Source: Octopus sinensis (Eukaryota). Taken from it: a stretch of 64,000 nt of DNA. The notes under the pieces are model-generated. The model ran no database searches. It had not been told where the DNA came from and saw only the letters and a list, made by a program, of their open reading frames with translations. Shown piece by piece: positions 25,982-39,089 of the stretch. Position numbers and translations under genes: made by a program. How positions within the stretch are numbered: position 1 is the first letter of the stretch; each line of letters opens with the position of its first letter. The stretch is taken from the NCBI RefSeq assembly GCF_006345805.1, contig NC_043002.1, positions 118,110,001 through 118,174,000 on the forward strand, read 5' to 3'.

Positions 25982-27924
25982 TGTTTTTGTTTCAGCACAC
26001 AATCACAGATCAGGTCATTTGCTATGCAAGTACATCTCTAATTTATTTTTATTGTTTGTTACAATATTCTATAACACTACATTTAAAATCATGTAACTGC
26101 TTTCCACTCCTTTCAGTCAACATTCACTCACTCTCTCTCTTTACCTCTTGTTTCAACTATACCATGGGCCCATGCACTTAACATATTTATATCTCTCTCT
26201 TTCTGCTTTCTACTTCTTTCTTCAACAAACTAACCACACAACATGATAGCAATACTTTTCTCTTACCTTTGCAGCATTAGCACACTCTTTCTTTGTTTCT
26301 CCCTTGAAATAACCATTTCACAGTGTCTTAGCATAACAATTATTATGTTCCCCCAATCGTTAACACTTCTCTCTCTCCCTCTTCACTCTTCCGTTCAGTT
26401 CATGTTCATACCACCTTTTTGTCACTTTGAATTGATACACATTGTACACTTTTACCTATCTAGTCATGCTTGCATTTATACTCTTTTTGTGCTTGCTTAC
26501 TGCAATCATTTAAGAAATGGTTAATACTTTTGTCTTCTTTACCCCAGATTGTGTGTTTGTTCTCTGACTGAGTTTTATTAATTTTTGTCTTTATCAGATT
26601 CATTTTAATGGTTTATTCTTGTACAACTATAGTCAGTTACTTCAGTTTCTTGTTTTAGATTTCTATCTGACAGTCATGACCAGCATTCTCTATTTCCAAC
26701 ATTTCTTCTCTTGTCAACTATTTATCCTGCTGTTTGTATCTATATTCTTGAATTCTTTTCCTGTTTCAGTGACTTTTTGGAGATTTCTGGCTGCATACAA
26801 TATTCTTTTTTTACTGTGCACAACAGGGTTTTTTCAATCTAATGTCACAGTTCTGATGACTTCTGCATTTAAGAAATTTCTGCCTTTCTTTTTTTCGTAA
26901 ATAGAGCCTGCCAATATTACTTTGTAAGCAGCTTCCTCATTCTTCTGTCTAATTCCTGTAACTCTGTCTTTAAAAATGGAGCATATTACCTCTAAAGTAG
27001 CAACACTGGCATGGAACATGTATTAATTGCACACTTATTTAACTAATATCTTTGCTGTTTGGATAACAGAATCCAGGTCTTCTTCATTTTTATTATATAG
27101 TATGAGGTCATCCTTATATAGCAAGTGATTTATTTTCTGACTTTTGTAAGCTCTGAGACAGGCCTGAATTTTCTCAGTATGCTAGTCAAAGCGATTAATG
27201 CAATGACAAAAAGTAATGGAAAAGCAAGTCTCCTTGAAATATCCCCTTGCATATTTCCAAGTGTGTTAATGACTTACTTCCATATTTTAGTTCTACTTCT
27301 CATGATCTCATTACTTTTTCTAAAAACAAAATTTCAAATATTTCATTGCTCCTGAGTATCCTCCAAGATCCAGGAGTACAGTACGTTATCCTATACTTCT
27401 TTACCATCAGTCCAACTAACTGCTAAGTTCATTCTTATTCATACCTGACTTAGTATCATGCTATTGATAAGTAGTTCCCTTTGACTTCTTTCTGCATCTT
27501 TTCTGTTCCTTTAGTGATAGATTCTCCTTCTTTGGAAGGTCAGCAGAGGGACAGATAGGAAGAGATGTCTAGCAGGCAAACGAGAAAGGTCTACTACACG
27601 ACAGAAGGTTTTGGCAGGCAACAAAGACCGAGAGAAATGTTCAAAGTTCCACGGTGGACTACTGTCTCAGATGAACTACGCATACACACACACACAAACA
27701 TAGTCATTTCTGACATATTACTTCCACAGATTGCCAACATTTTACATGCAGTGAAGAATTATGTGTACCAATGACAAATTAAGTTCAGTGAATAAATTAT
27801 TTTAAATATGAATTGATTCACTCGTTTGTTTACTTCAAAGGCATACACATTCCTTTTACATTTGTTTACCTGATCCTGATACATACATTTAACAACTACA
27901 TATATATATATATATATATATATG

Positions 27925-30168
27925 TAGGTGAAAAGAAAGAGGCTTGGAGAAGCCATTATGAAAGACTGCTGAATGGGGAGAATGAATGGGAGGAGGAGAG
28001 TCTGCCAAATGTTGACCCAGTAGAGGGACCAGCTATCCGAATAGACAGCTCCCTTGTAGTTAAGGCAATTAAGGGTATGAAACCAGGTAAAGCCCCCGGC
28101 CCATCAAGTATCACTGCTGAGATGCTTAAAACAGCTGGTTATGTGGGCTATGGCCTAGTCACCCGTATTGTAAACCAGGTAGTTCACAATGGAGTCATAC
28201 CCAATGACTGGCGTAACAGCACCATAGTCAACTGCTACAAGGGTAAGGGTGATGCCCTAGATAGAAATAACTACAGGGGTATTAAACTGTTGGATCAGGT
28301 GATGAAGGTCACAGAGAGGGTCATAACCCATCTCATTAGGGAGAGAATTTGCTTAGATGAGATGCAGTTCGGTTTTGTGCTGGGTAAAAGCACCACTGAT
28401 GCTATATTCCTGGTCCGACAACTGCAGGAGAAGTACCTAGCTAAAGATAAACCCCTCTACATAGCTTTTGTGAACTTGGAGAAAGCCTTTGACAGGGTTC
28501 CCCGATCCCTTATCTGGTGGTCGATGCGGAAACTGGAGATTGACGAATGGCTAATAAGGGCTGTACAGGCCCTATACAGAGAGGCTGTCAGCAAGGTTAG
28601 GATTGGCAACGAATATAGTGAAGAATTCCGGGTAGAAGTAGGTGTACACCAAGGCTCAGCCCTCAGTCCCCTTTTATTCATCATAGTCCTCCAGGCAATA
28701 ACAGAGGAATTCAAAACAGGTTGCCCCTGGGAGCTCCTCTATGCTGATGACCTGGCTCTCATAGCAGAATCACTACCGGGACTAGAAAAGAAATTTCGGG
28801 TGTGGAAACAAGGGTTAGAATCAAAGGGCCTTAGAGTAAATGTAGCGAAGACCAAAGTTATAGTAAGCAGAAAGGCGAACTCAGCACACACACCATCGGG
28901 CAGGTGGTCCTGCTCGATCTATAGGAAAGGTGTAGGTAGAAACTCCATAAGATGCACCCAGTGTAAGCTATGGACGCATAAGAGGTGCAGCAACATTAAA
29001 GGGAAATTAACTGATAAGATAGCTTTCATGTGCGGCAGATGCACAGGGACAATAGACACCACAAATACTCAGAAAACAGATTCCATCACACTCCAGGGGA
29101 AAAAACTAGAAGTAGTTGATAGTTTCTGCTACCTGGCTGACCAAGTTAGTAGTGGAGGTGGATGCTCAGAGAGTGTCACCACTAGAATACGAATAGCCTG
29201 AGCAAAGTTTAGAAAGCTCCTACCCCTACTGGCGACAAAGGGTCTCTCGCTCAGAGTGAAAGGTAGATTGTATGATGCATGTGTGCGAACTGCCATGCTT
29301 CACGGTAGTGAAACATGGGCTGTGACTGCAGAGGACATGCATAGACTTGAAAGAAACGAAGCTAGCATGATCCGCTGGATGTGTAATGTCAGTGTGAACG
29401 CACGACAGAGTGTAAGCACCCTGAGAGAAATGCTGGACATAAGAAGCATCAGATGCGGTGTGCAAGAGCGACGCTTGTGATGGTATGGTCATGTACTGCG
29501 GATGGATGAGGAGAGATGTGTGAAGAAGTGCCGCTCCCAAACAGTTGAAGGAATCAGGGGGAGAGGTAGACCCAGGAAGACATGGGATGAGGTAGTCAAG
29601 CATGACCTCAGAACGTTGAGCCTCACTGAGGCAATGGCGAAGGACCGAGATCTCTGGAGATGTGCTGTGACTGCAAAGACCCGGGATGCTTCCGGCACCA
29701 GTTCCGCATAGCCCCTGCCCATTCAAAGTACCTTGGGTCCCAGAACATCTCGCTGTGCTTGAGGAGACCTGTTGAGTCAAGTGCATGTACACGAACATCG
29801 AAACAAATATTAATGGAAATAGTAGTTGTGATACCTGTGTCGGTGGCACATAAAAAGCACCATCCAAACGTGGCCGTTGCCAGTGCCGCCTCGACTGGCT
29901 TCTATGCCGGTGGCATGTTAAAAGCACCAACCGATCGTGGCTGATGCCAGACACCCCTGGCACCTGTGCAGGTGGCACATAAAAAGCACCCACTACACTC
30001 ACGGAGTGGTTGGCGTTAGGAAGGGCATCCAGCTGTAGAAACACTGCCAGATCAGACTGGAGCCTGGTGCAGCCCTGGCTTCCCAGACCCCAGTCGAACC
30101 ATCCAACCCGTGCTAGCGTGGAAAACGGACGTTAAACGATGATGATGATGATGATGATGATGATGATA
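27925..30168 (+). mobile_element. RTE-clade LINE, 5'-truncated, young but disabled (nonsense codons at 29199 and 29478)
   Basis: RT motifs KAPGPS, YRGIKLL, QFGF, AFDRVP, GVHQGSALSP, YADD. Cys/His-rich insert. C-terminal RGRGRPRKTW. 3' UTR ends gttaaacgatgatgat. (TA)n on both sides. Confidence 0.95.
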
Positions 30169-30181
30169 TATATATATATAT

Positions 30182-33100
30182 GCAAGAAAATGGATCAATA
30201 TTTCGGTACAATTGGTACAAGGCTGATTTGTCCAACTAAGTCAGATATTGGCCGACTTAGTAAATCTGTCCTTGACATTGTTCTACCCCAAATAACCCTG
30301 CTTCTTCCCTTAAGTCTATGGATAAATACCGATGAGGTATTAAAATGGTTAAACTCCCTAACCAATACTAGTAATCTGGCCTTTATTCAATTCGACATAA
30401 ATAACTATTACTCTAGCATTTCCCCTATTCTGTTAAATAAATCACTTATATTCGCTATGAATCGCTCCCTCATATCTAGAGAAGAAATCGACATTGTACT
30501 ATTAGCTAGAAAAACATTTATAGAGTTTGAGGGAAAATTATGGACCAGAGCAGACACCCCTAATAATTTCGATATAGCTATGGGTTCCAGTGATTTGGCT
30601 GAGGTGACTAATTTAGTAGGCGCATATCTATTAAAATGCATAAAAAAGGAGATCCTAGAATTACAAGGTGGTCTTTATAGGGATGATGCTTTGTTTGTTA
30701 TCCCTAGCAATAATAAATCGAGCATTGAAAGGATTAGAAAGAAAATTAATAGGTTCTTTAAAGACTTCAACCTTAGCATAATCTACAAACCAGGCACTAA
30801 AATAGTCAATTTCCTAGATATTACATTAGACCTTAACTCTAAGCTACATTTCTTCACTAGTTACGTAAATAAATTATCCAATCATCTCCCAAATATAATT
30901 AATACTTTGATGAGAAATATTTCCTTAAGAATCTCTAAATTATCATCCAATGTTGATATATTGAACTCCCACTCGGAGCATTATAATGCGGCGCTATCTA
31001 AGGCAGGATACAACCAAAAAATTACCTTTATTGATAAAGAGAACTTACATATTTCAAATAAAAGAAGTAACAATAACCACGTAAACAATAATAGAGATAA
31101 CGCCAGAAATAAAAGTAGAAGTAAATTTACGGTGACAACAAATCTAAATGAAAATAAGAATAAAGATAGGAATATAGACCGGAACATAGGTAAGTCGGAT
31201 AGGATAAATTTAGATAAAAATAAGAAGCATGCAAATATTAACTTTAATAAATACAACGACTCTGGTGGAAGTAGGAATGATCCAACTAACCCCAATTCTA
31301 ATTCAAGGAAATTTAATAAGAAAAATATAATGTGGCTAAATGTTCCTTTCAACTGTGCGATTCTATCGGATATTCAGAGTAGATTCAAATCAATTCTGGA
31401 AAAGAACTTCCCAACCTCTCATAGATATCATAAAATTATTTCTAAAAAAACGGTCAGAATTTCTTATTCAACCCTCCCAAATATGCCCACTTTAATAGCT
31501 AAGATTAATAATAATAACATTAAACTAGCCAGGAAAAATTTAAATAATACCAATAGGAATACCAATGACAATTGTAGTAACATTAACGAAAGTAATAATA
31601 GCCACAATAATAATAACTATCATAACATAGGTATAACCAATAGCTATAGAATAGCTAGTAATCATAATAATACAAATAGGAACAATTATGTTAATAATAA
31701 GAGTAATACCAATAAGGAAAATACCGGGAATGAAGACAACAATGATATCTATAGTAACAGTATACATTCGGAAACTAATACTGACAATAATAGTAGCAAT
31801 ACCAATAATATTAGTAATTATGGTAGGACTATAGAATTAAATGATAGTGTAGAAGGACCGATAAATGATAATACTGCTTTAGATAATAACATTAACTTCA
31901 ATAACGATAACACTATTTTAGATAACAGCATTAACTATAATAGCGAAAAGTATACTAATAATGATTTGAATAGCAGGAATATGAGACATCTATCCTTGAG
32001 TAATCCCACATCGGAAAATGATCCCCCTAGGTGTAACTAGAATTAGATCAAAATGCCCGGCACCTGGTCTATGCGGGTTAAATAACGTAATCTATAAATG
32101 TACCATAGCTACAGAAAATAACAAATTTATTTATTTAGGGTGTACTATAAATTTTAAAAAACGTCTTAGCAATCATCTCTCTTCTTTCAAATTACATCAT
32201 AAAGCTGATAGCACCACACTTTCAAGTAAGATCTGGGAACTCAAAAACAATAATATTAAATATAACCTTAATTGGGAATTAGAAGAGTGATGCCTTATAA
32301 AAATAACAGAGTTGGTTGCCAACTTTGCTCCATGGAAACATTTGAAATACTAATGCGCAGAAGAAATGATTACTTATTGAATAACCGTATAGAATTGGGT
32401 CTTTCTTGTATTCACACTAGGGTTAAGACTCTAAAATATTTTAAACGACAACCGTATATAAAAAACAATTTGGTGAGTTGTCTATCTTGTTTATTATAAT
32501 ATAGCAATACTCTCATATATTTATTTTAGATAGATAGCTGCAAGCTCATAAGCTATGGTTATTTTCTCTCTATATGTACCAGATTTGGAACATAAAGATA
32601 TAAATTTAGTTGCTAAAAAAAACTTTCATTCTAATAGAATATATAGATAATTTAAATTAATTTAATCTAAATTTTTCTAATTTAGGTAAACCAACTTAAA
32701 GCAAATAAGTTAATAAAACTATATGCTATAAGTAAATTAAAGCTAATCCCATAGAAATAGTATAACGATTTTTCATTATGAAAAACAATACTCCCAATTC
32801 TTTCTTTTGTCCCAAAGTCTGCCAAAGTATAAGTAGTAACATTAATTAATAAAGAAATAAATTGAATGACCTCTTTTCTAGTCTTGCACTGAAATCTATT
32901 AAAACTTTTTCCTATAGTGATAACCTTTTGACCTGCCTTTACCTTCCCTTGACCTCTTTATAGAGCAATTAACAACAGAATGCTGGTCAAGATTACTTAC
33001 TCTTTTTTTAAAACTCCTAGATTCTTACAAATTCTAACCCAGTCAGCTTGTCTCCACTGAAAGAAACTATTCTGCGTAGGTGGATATTTACAATCCCATT

Positions 33101-33770
33101 CCTTCTCAGTTACCCTTTATACCCTTTGTGAGTGATTGTCTATACACTCCACTAAATTTCCTTCAACAAATTTCTAACATAGCAGTTTTGAAAAATGATC
33201 AGAAATGCAAACAGCATACCTTCATACATCAGGAAACCCACTTTATTATGAACTAATTATGGATAAATACATCGTCTGTGAGTATGAAATCTCTCCTCAT
33301 ATCTCCAGAATTCAAACATTCGTCATTATTATGGATGGATTTACATTTTCAATTTCTGTGAAACTAAGAGGTTTTTTAAAATACTTTTTTAAAGCCTGTT
33401 ATTTGACTGTGCAACATTAAAGAACTTTGGATGTCCGTTTATTATCTAAATCTGATTTTTATAGAACTATCCCGAATGTTTCATGAGTGTAGCCTCACCC
33501 CCTTAGATGTTTTGAGAACTCAGATGTTTTTTCGGCTGATGAGTACGGGTCACGTGTATTTGGTGCAATATTTGCAGCCTTAATAAAGGTGTCTTTGTAC
33601 GAAACAATTGTACCGAAATATTGATCCATTTTTGTTGTTTTTTTCTTGCTTATAATCACCCCGCATTATCTTATGGTTAACACCATATAGATTTCTGGTG
33701 CATCTAAGTTAAGTACCTCATTCATGTGAATTCAACAGAACTCACTTGAATCTTAATTACTTTTACTTAT
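30182..33770 (+). mobile_element. Penelope-like retroelement (Naiad-like), 5'-truncated, RT + GIY-YIG endonuclease, two frameshifts
   Basis: RT: FIQFDINNYYSSI, IAMGS, GGLYRDDAL. KKNIMWLNVPF..KNFPTSHRYHKII..RISYS motif. GIY-YIG: NVIYKCTI..IYLGCT..FKKRLSNHLSSF. Zn-finger-like CQLC...SCIH. HHR in the 3' region and an inverted 5' end. Confidence 0.9.
33530..33618 (+). ncRNA. Intact type I hammerhead ribozyme in the PLE 3' region
   Basis: TTTCGG CTGATGA GTAC [50 nt] GTAC GAAA CAATT GTA^ CCGAAA. Stem III is the palindrome ACAATTGT. Confidence 0.88.
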
Positions 33771-33951
33771 ATATATATATGTATATGTATGTATGTATTA
33801 GTTTGACACTCAGGAAGGTGAGAAAGTCTTTTACATTTCAAGCCTATGCTCTTCAACAGAGAGGAAATAAACAGAGAATAAAAAAAACTTTTGGAGTTAG
33901 CGGTCAATATATATATGTGCATGGACACAATCCATCTCTGCCTCTCTCTCC

Positions 33952-33984
<33 letters not shown>

Positions 33985-33994
33985 CACACATAAA

Positions 33995-34320
33995 TATGTA
34001 GATCATTGGTTAGAGTGTCAGGCTCACAATCATTAGGACTGGGCTGTGTGTTGTTTTTTTGAGCAAGACACTATATTTCATGTTGTACCAGTTCACTCAG
34101 CTGTAGAAATGTGTTGCGACATCACTGGCGCCAGGCTGTATTGGCCCCTTTGCCTTTCCCTTGGATAACATTGGCGATGTGGAGAGGAGAGGTTGTCAAA
34201 CATGGGCGACTGTTTGTCTTCCATAAGCAACTTTGCCTGGACTTGTGCCTTTGTGCCTTGGCGGGTAACTTTCTAGGTGCAATCCCATGGTCATTCATGA
34301 CCAAAGGGGGTCTTTACCCT
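33995..34320 (+). mobile_element. SINE family C (tRNA-head), decayed
   Basis: Aligns with 46792-47118. Confidence 0.8.
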
Positions 34321-34339
34321 TTATATATATATATATATA

Positions 34340-35470
34340 TCATCATCATCATCATCATCGTTTAACGTCCGTTCTCCATGCTAACATGGGTTGGATGGTT
34401 CGACCGGGGATCTGGGAAGCCAGAAGGCTGCACCAGGCTCCAGTCTTATCTGGCAGTGTTTCTACAGCTGGATGCCCTTCCTAACGCCAACCACTCCGTG
34501 AGTGTAGTGGGTGCTTTTTACGTGCCACCTACACAGGTGCCAGGCAAGGCTGGCAACGGCCACGGTCGGATTGGTGTAATTTATGTGCCACCGGCACGGA
34601 AGCCAGTCGAGGCAGCACTGGCATCGGCCACGAGTCGGATAGTGCTTTACATACCACCAGACCAGGGATCCTGGCTGGTTCAATTCGATTTCGCTTTCGC
34701 TTGCCCCAACATGTCTTCGCAAGCAAAGGGGGTTGGCATGGGTGCCTGTCGTACGGTCGGATTGGTGTATTTTACGTGCCACCGGCATGGAAGCCAGTGG
34801 AGGCGGTGCTGGCCTCGGCCACGAGTCGGATAGTGCTTTTTACGTACCACCAGACCAGGGATCCTGGCTGGTTCAATTGGATTTCGATTTTGCTTTCGCT
34901 TGCCCCAACATGTCTTCGCAAGCAAAGGGGGTTGGCATGGGTACCTGTCGTCGGATGAGGTTCTATATCGACTTCACTTGCCTCAACAGGTCTTTGTGTC
35001 CAAGGGAGGAAAGGCATTCATAAGTGGGCTGGGCTCACTTGTCCTGCCTGGTCTTCTCACGTACAGCATATTTCCAAAGGTCTCGGTCGCTGGTCATTTC
35101 CTCAGTGAAGCCTAAAGTTCGAAGGTCGTGCTTCACCACCTCGTCCCAGGTTTTCCTGGGTCTACCTCTTCCACGGGTTCCCTCAACTGCTAGGGATTGG
35201 CACTTTCTCACACACCTATCTTCATCCATTCTCGCCACATGACCATACCAGCACAATCGTCTCTCTTGCACACCACAACTGATGCTTCTTAGGTACAACA
35301 TTTCTCTCAAGGTATTAACGCTCTGTCGAGTATGTACACTGACATTACACATCCATCGGAGCATACTGGCTTCATTCCTCACGAGCTTACGTATGTCCTC
35401 AGCAGTCACGGCCCATGTTTCACTACCATGTAGCATGGCTGTTCGTACACATGCATCATACAGTCTGCCA
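34340..35470 (-). mobile_element. RTE 3' fragment (C-terminal ORF + 3' UTR with internal duplication)
   Basis: RLYDACVRTAMLHGSETWAVTAED...RGRGRPRKTWDEVV. Its (CAT)n tail abuts (TA)n. Confidence 0.92.
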
Positions 35471-35713
35471 GGTGTAGGCAATGGCTGTGTGGCAAGAAGT
35501 TTGCTTTCCAACCACATGGTTCAGGGTTCAATCCCACTGTGTGACACCTTGGGCAAGTTTCTTCTACTATGGCTATAGGCTGATCAAAGCCTTGTGAATG
35601 GTTTTGATAGACTGAAACTGAAAAGAAGCCCACTGACAAGGCTTTGGTCAACCTGAAGCTAAAGTAGAAGACACTTGTCCAAGGTGTTACGCAGTGGGAC
35701 TGAACCCTGAACC

Positions 35714-35751
<38 letters not shown>

Positions 35752-36126
35752 CCTCACATACATATGTGTGTCTGTATCTGCATGTGTCGCTCACCACTGC
35801 TTGACAAGTGGTGTTGGTGTGTTTACGCCTCAGTGACTTAGTGGTTTGGTAAAAGAAAACAAATGAGTTGTGGAGTTAATTTGTTCAACTAAACTTCTTC
35901 AAGGTGGTGCCACATCATAGCTGCAGTCAAAAGACTGAAACAAGTAAATGACTAAAAGACTAAAATATATATACATATACTGTGGTAAGAAGGTTGCTTC
36001 CCAACCACATGGTGCCAGGTTCAATCCCACTGTGTGGCACCTCGAGCAAGTGTGTTCTACTGTAGCCTTGGGCTGAGCAAAGCCTTGTGAGTTGATTTGG
36101 TAGACAGAAACTGAAAGAAATCTGTC

Positions 36127-36170
<44 letters not shown>

Positions 36171-36689
36171 GTGTGTGTGTATGTATGTATGTGTCGGTGT
36201 GTTTATGTGTATGTGTCTTCTGTCTGTGTTTGTCCTCCCACCTTTGCTTGATGACCGATGCCGATGTGTTTACGTCCCTGTAACTTAGTGGTTCGTTAAA
36301 AGAGAACGATAGAATAAGTCCTGGAGTCGATTTATTCGACTAAAATCCTTTAAGGCGGTGCTCCAGTATGACTGCAGTCAAATAACCGAAACATATGTAA
36401 AAGAATGAATATATATATATATTGGGGTAGACTTGGAAATAAAAAAACCAATCCAAGGGAGATAACTCTGGTGGACTAATTAAACCTATCTCTTTTATTT
36501 GGGATTTGATGTTCTATCAACTGATTACCGCCTCGATTTTTTTTACGTCTCTCTGCACCATTAACTGAATATGATGCTTTCAGTCCAGGCTGCACTGTTT
36601 CACTCAGCTATTCCTGTTAAATGCTTCTCCATTTCTCACATGAAATCGTTTGGTAACTGGTTATCACGAGACTTTAATAATAATGAAAT

Positions 36690-37115
36690 TATTGTATACA
36701 GTGCTCAGGTGCACCACAACTTGTGAAAAGTGCATATAAAGCATATGCAGTAATGTACAAATGTCTGGGAAGTGAACAGTGTATGAGTCAGATACATGCT
36801 TGCGTGTGTATGGACGGGAGAAAATCAGGTGTAGTGTTGGCAAATCTCAGGAAGTATGGACGTTTTGAAGGATGCAGTGCTCCGACAACTAACAACTGAT
36901 GCCGGCAGTTTGTTCCATGCTTCAGCAACTCTTAGCGGGAAAAAATGTTTCCAAAAGTCATGGGAGCTGTGCTGTTTTCTAACTTTGTAAACATGTCCAT
37001 GGGTGTTAGATGGGTGGAGTTTGGAAAGGTGCTCAGAGTTATTGTTAGTAAGATGGTTAATAATTTTATGGGTGTCTGCCAAGTCAGCTGCCAGACGTTG
37101 GAGTTTCAATGTGTC
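36690..37115 (-). mobile_element. CR1/L2-type LINE 3' end
   Basis: QRLAADLADTHKII...THGHVYKVRKQHS..FFPLRVAEAWNKLPASVV..S.ASFK, a typical CR1 C-terminus. Confidence 0.8.
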
Positions 37116-38799
37116 CATGCCCATTATACAAATAATAATCATTAACCCGACGGGCAAAATATCGAGCGACATTTCGTCCATCTTTATGCTCTGAGTTCAA
37201 ATTCCGTTGAGGTCGAATTTGCCTTTCATCCTTTCGGGGCTGATAAAATAAGTAACTGGGGTCGATGTATCCCCTCCACTGAAATTGCTGGTCTTGTGCC
37301 AAAATCAGAAACCAATATTATACAAATAATAATACACCCATTCTATTACTTAATATATGAGTATTTGTTTTTTTCGTCAGAATTTTGCACAATTGTGTGT
37401 ATTCCTCACATTCAGCTGCTGTAATGATCTGATGGCGGAATATATACATATTTATTTCCCTTTATATCTCTAGTTATCTCCTGGGGCCTGGATTCCGTTA
37501 TCCAAACAGCAAAGATATTAGAATGCATTTAATATCCATTCCCCTTTCTCAATATCATCCCTTCCCAAGGCGGCGAGCTGGCAGAAAAGTTAGCACGTCG
37601 GGCGAAATGCTTAGTGATATTTCGTCATTCTTTACGTTCTGAGTTTAAATTCCGCCGAGGTCGACTTTGCCATTCATCCTTTCGAGGTCGATAAATTAAG
37701 TACCAGTTGCGTACTAGGGTCGATCTAATCGACTGGCCCCCTCCCCCAAAAGTTTGAGCCTTGTGCCTAGAGTAGAAAAGAATATAATCTCTTTCCACTT
37801 TGTTTTCCACTGCTCACCTCTTTCTCTGCCTCCAAGTATTTCTCCCTCTCCACTGAGCAAATTCTTAGGACTTGCCATACTTCATCTTTAAAGCTTCTTT
37901 TCTCTTATTTACTATTGACCACACCTCCACCCTTGTACACCATTCACAATATTAACTTCTGACCCCATCCATAACTACCTGTCACTCTCCTCTCACACTC
38001 CTATGAACTTATTCACTCACACCTCCCCATCCTTATTGGATATTCTCTTATCACTTTCTTGTACCTTGATGGTATGCTCTGACACCTAATCACCACCATC
38101 TTCATCTTCTTTCTACCTATTCCTACCCATTCATGCATAATATGAGGTAGCCACCTATGTCTTCTATAGCAAGACAACTGTGTCAGTCCTGCCATCATAC
38201 GTCAGCATTTTAACACCTGGCCTAAAGTAGTTTTACATCACTTGTTAAAATTGTCTCTACAGAGATTCTATAGAAATTATAGATTTTTGTTACTATGTTT
38301 CATATTTGAATACAAAAAGTAGTAAGAAAAGTCAGTGATGGCTATAATTTCTATACAATATCTGTAAAGATAACCTTAACAAAATTTGCCTATGATTTCA
38401 GCTTGGATATTAATATCATACATGATTTGCAATATTAGCTGCTCAGTCCAATCTATACATCTTTTCTACATTTGATACAATAACTTCTGCTCATTTATAC
38501 ATCCTGACTGTATATAGCTCCCACCTCAACCCTGTAGTTTAACTGTATAGGCAATTGTGTGTGCTTCAATACCAAAAGTCCTTTTTTGACCCAGCTTTTT
38601 CTTTATAAACATATTTTTTTCTATGAATGTCTATATATGTTAGGTAATATTCAGACATAGGTGCAGGCATGGGTGTGTGGTAAGAAGCTTGCTTTCCAAC
38701 CATGTAGTTCTAGGTTCAGTGACACCTTGAGCAAGTGTCTTCTACTATAACCTCAGTGGATTTGGTAGGCAGAAACAGAAAGAAGCCCATTGTATATAT

Positions 38800-38875
<76 letters not shown>

Positions 38876-39089
38876 TATATATATATGCAGTGCTTCATAA
38901 GACCTGTTGAGTCAAGTGAAACCGTAGTCATAGCCGATGCCAGTGCTACCTGGCTGGCACCCATGTTGGTGGTATGTAACAAGCAACATTTGAGAATGGT
39001 CGATGCCAGTGCTGCCTGATTTGCCCCCTTGCTAGTGAGCCCGTATTAAGCACCTACTAGATGTTAAACGATGATGATGATGATATATA

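Noticed and set aside
32020-32060. Possible selenocysteine codon in the PLE CNC motif (some Naiads are selenoproteins)
   Set aside because: The frameshift TGT AAC T--AGA fits loss of GA from TGA or GT from TGT equally well. No other in-frame TGA in the long ORF and no convincing SECIS seen. A family consensus would decide.
29970-34530. Inverted repeats flanking the PLE, resembling TIRs of a composite element
   Set aside because: They are two independent RTE 3' tails in opposite orientation, each with its own upstream RTE body.
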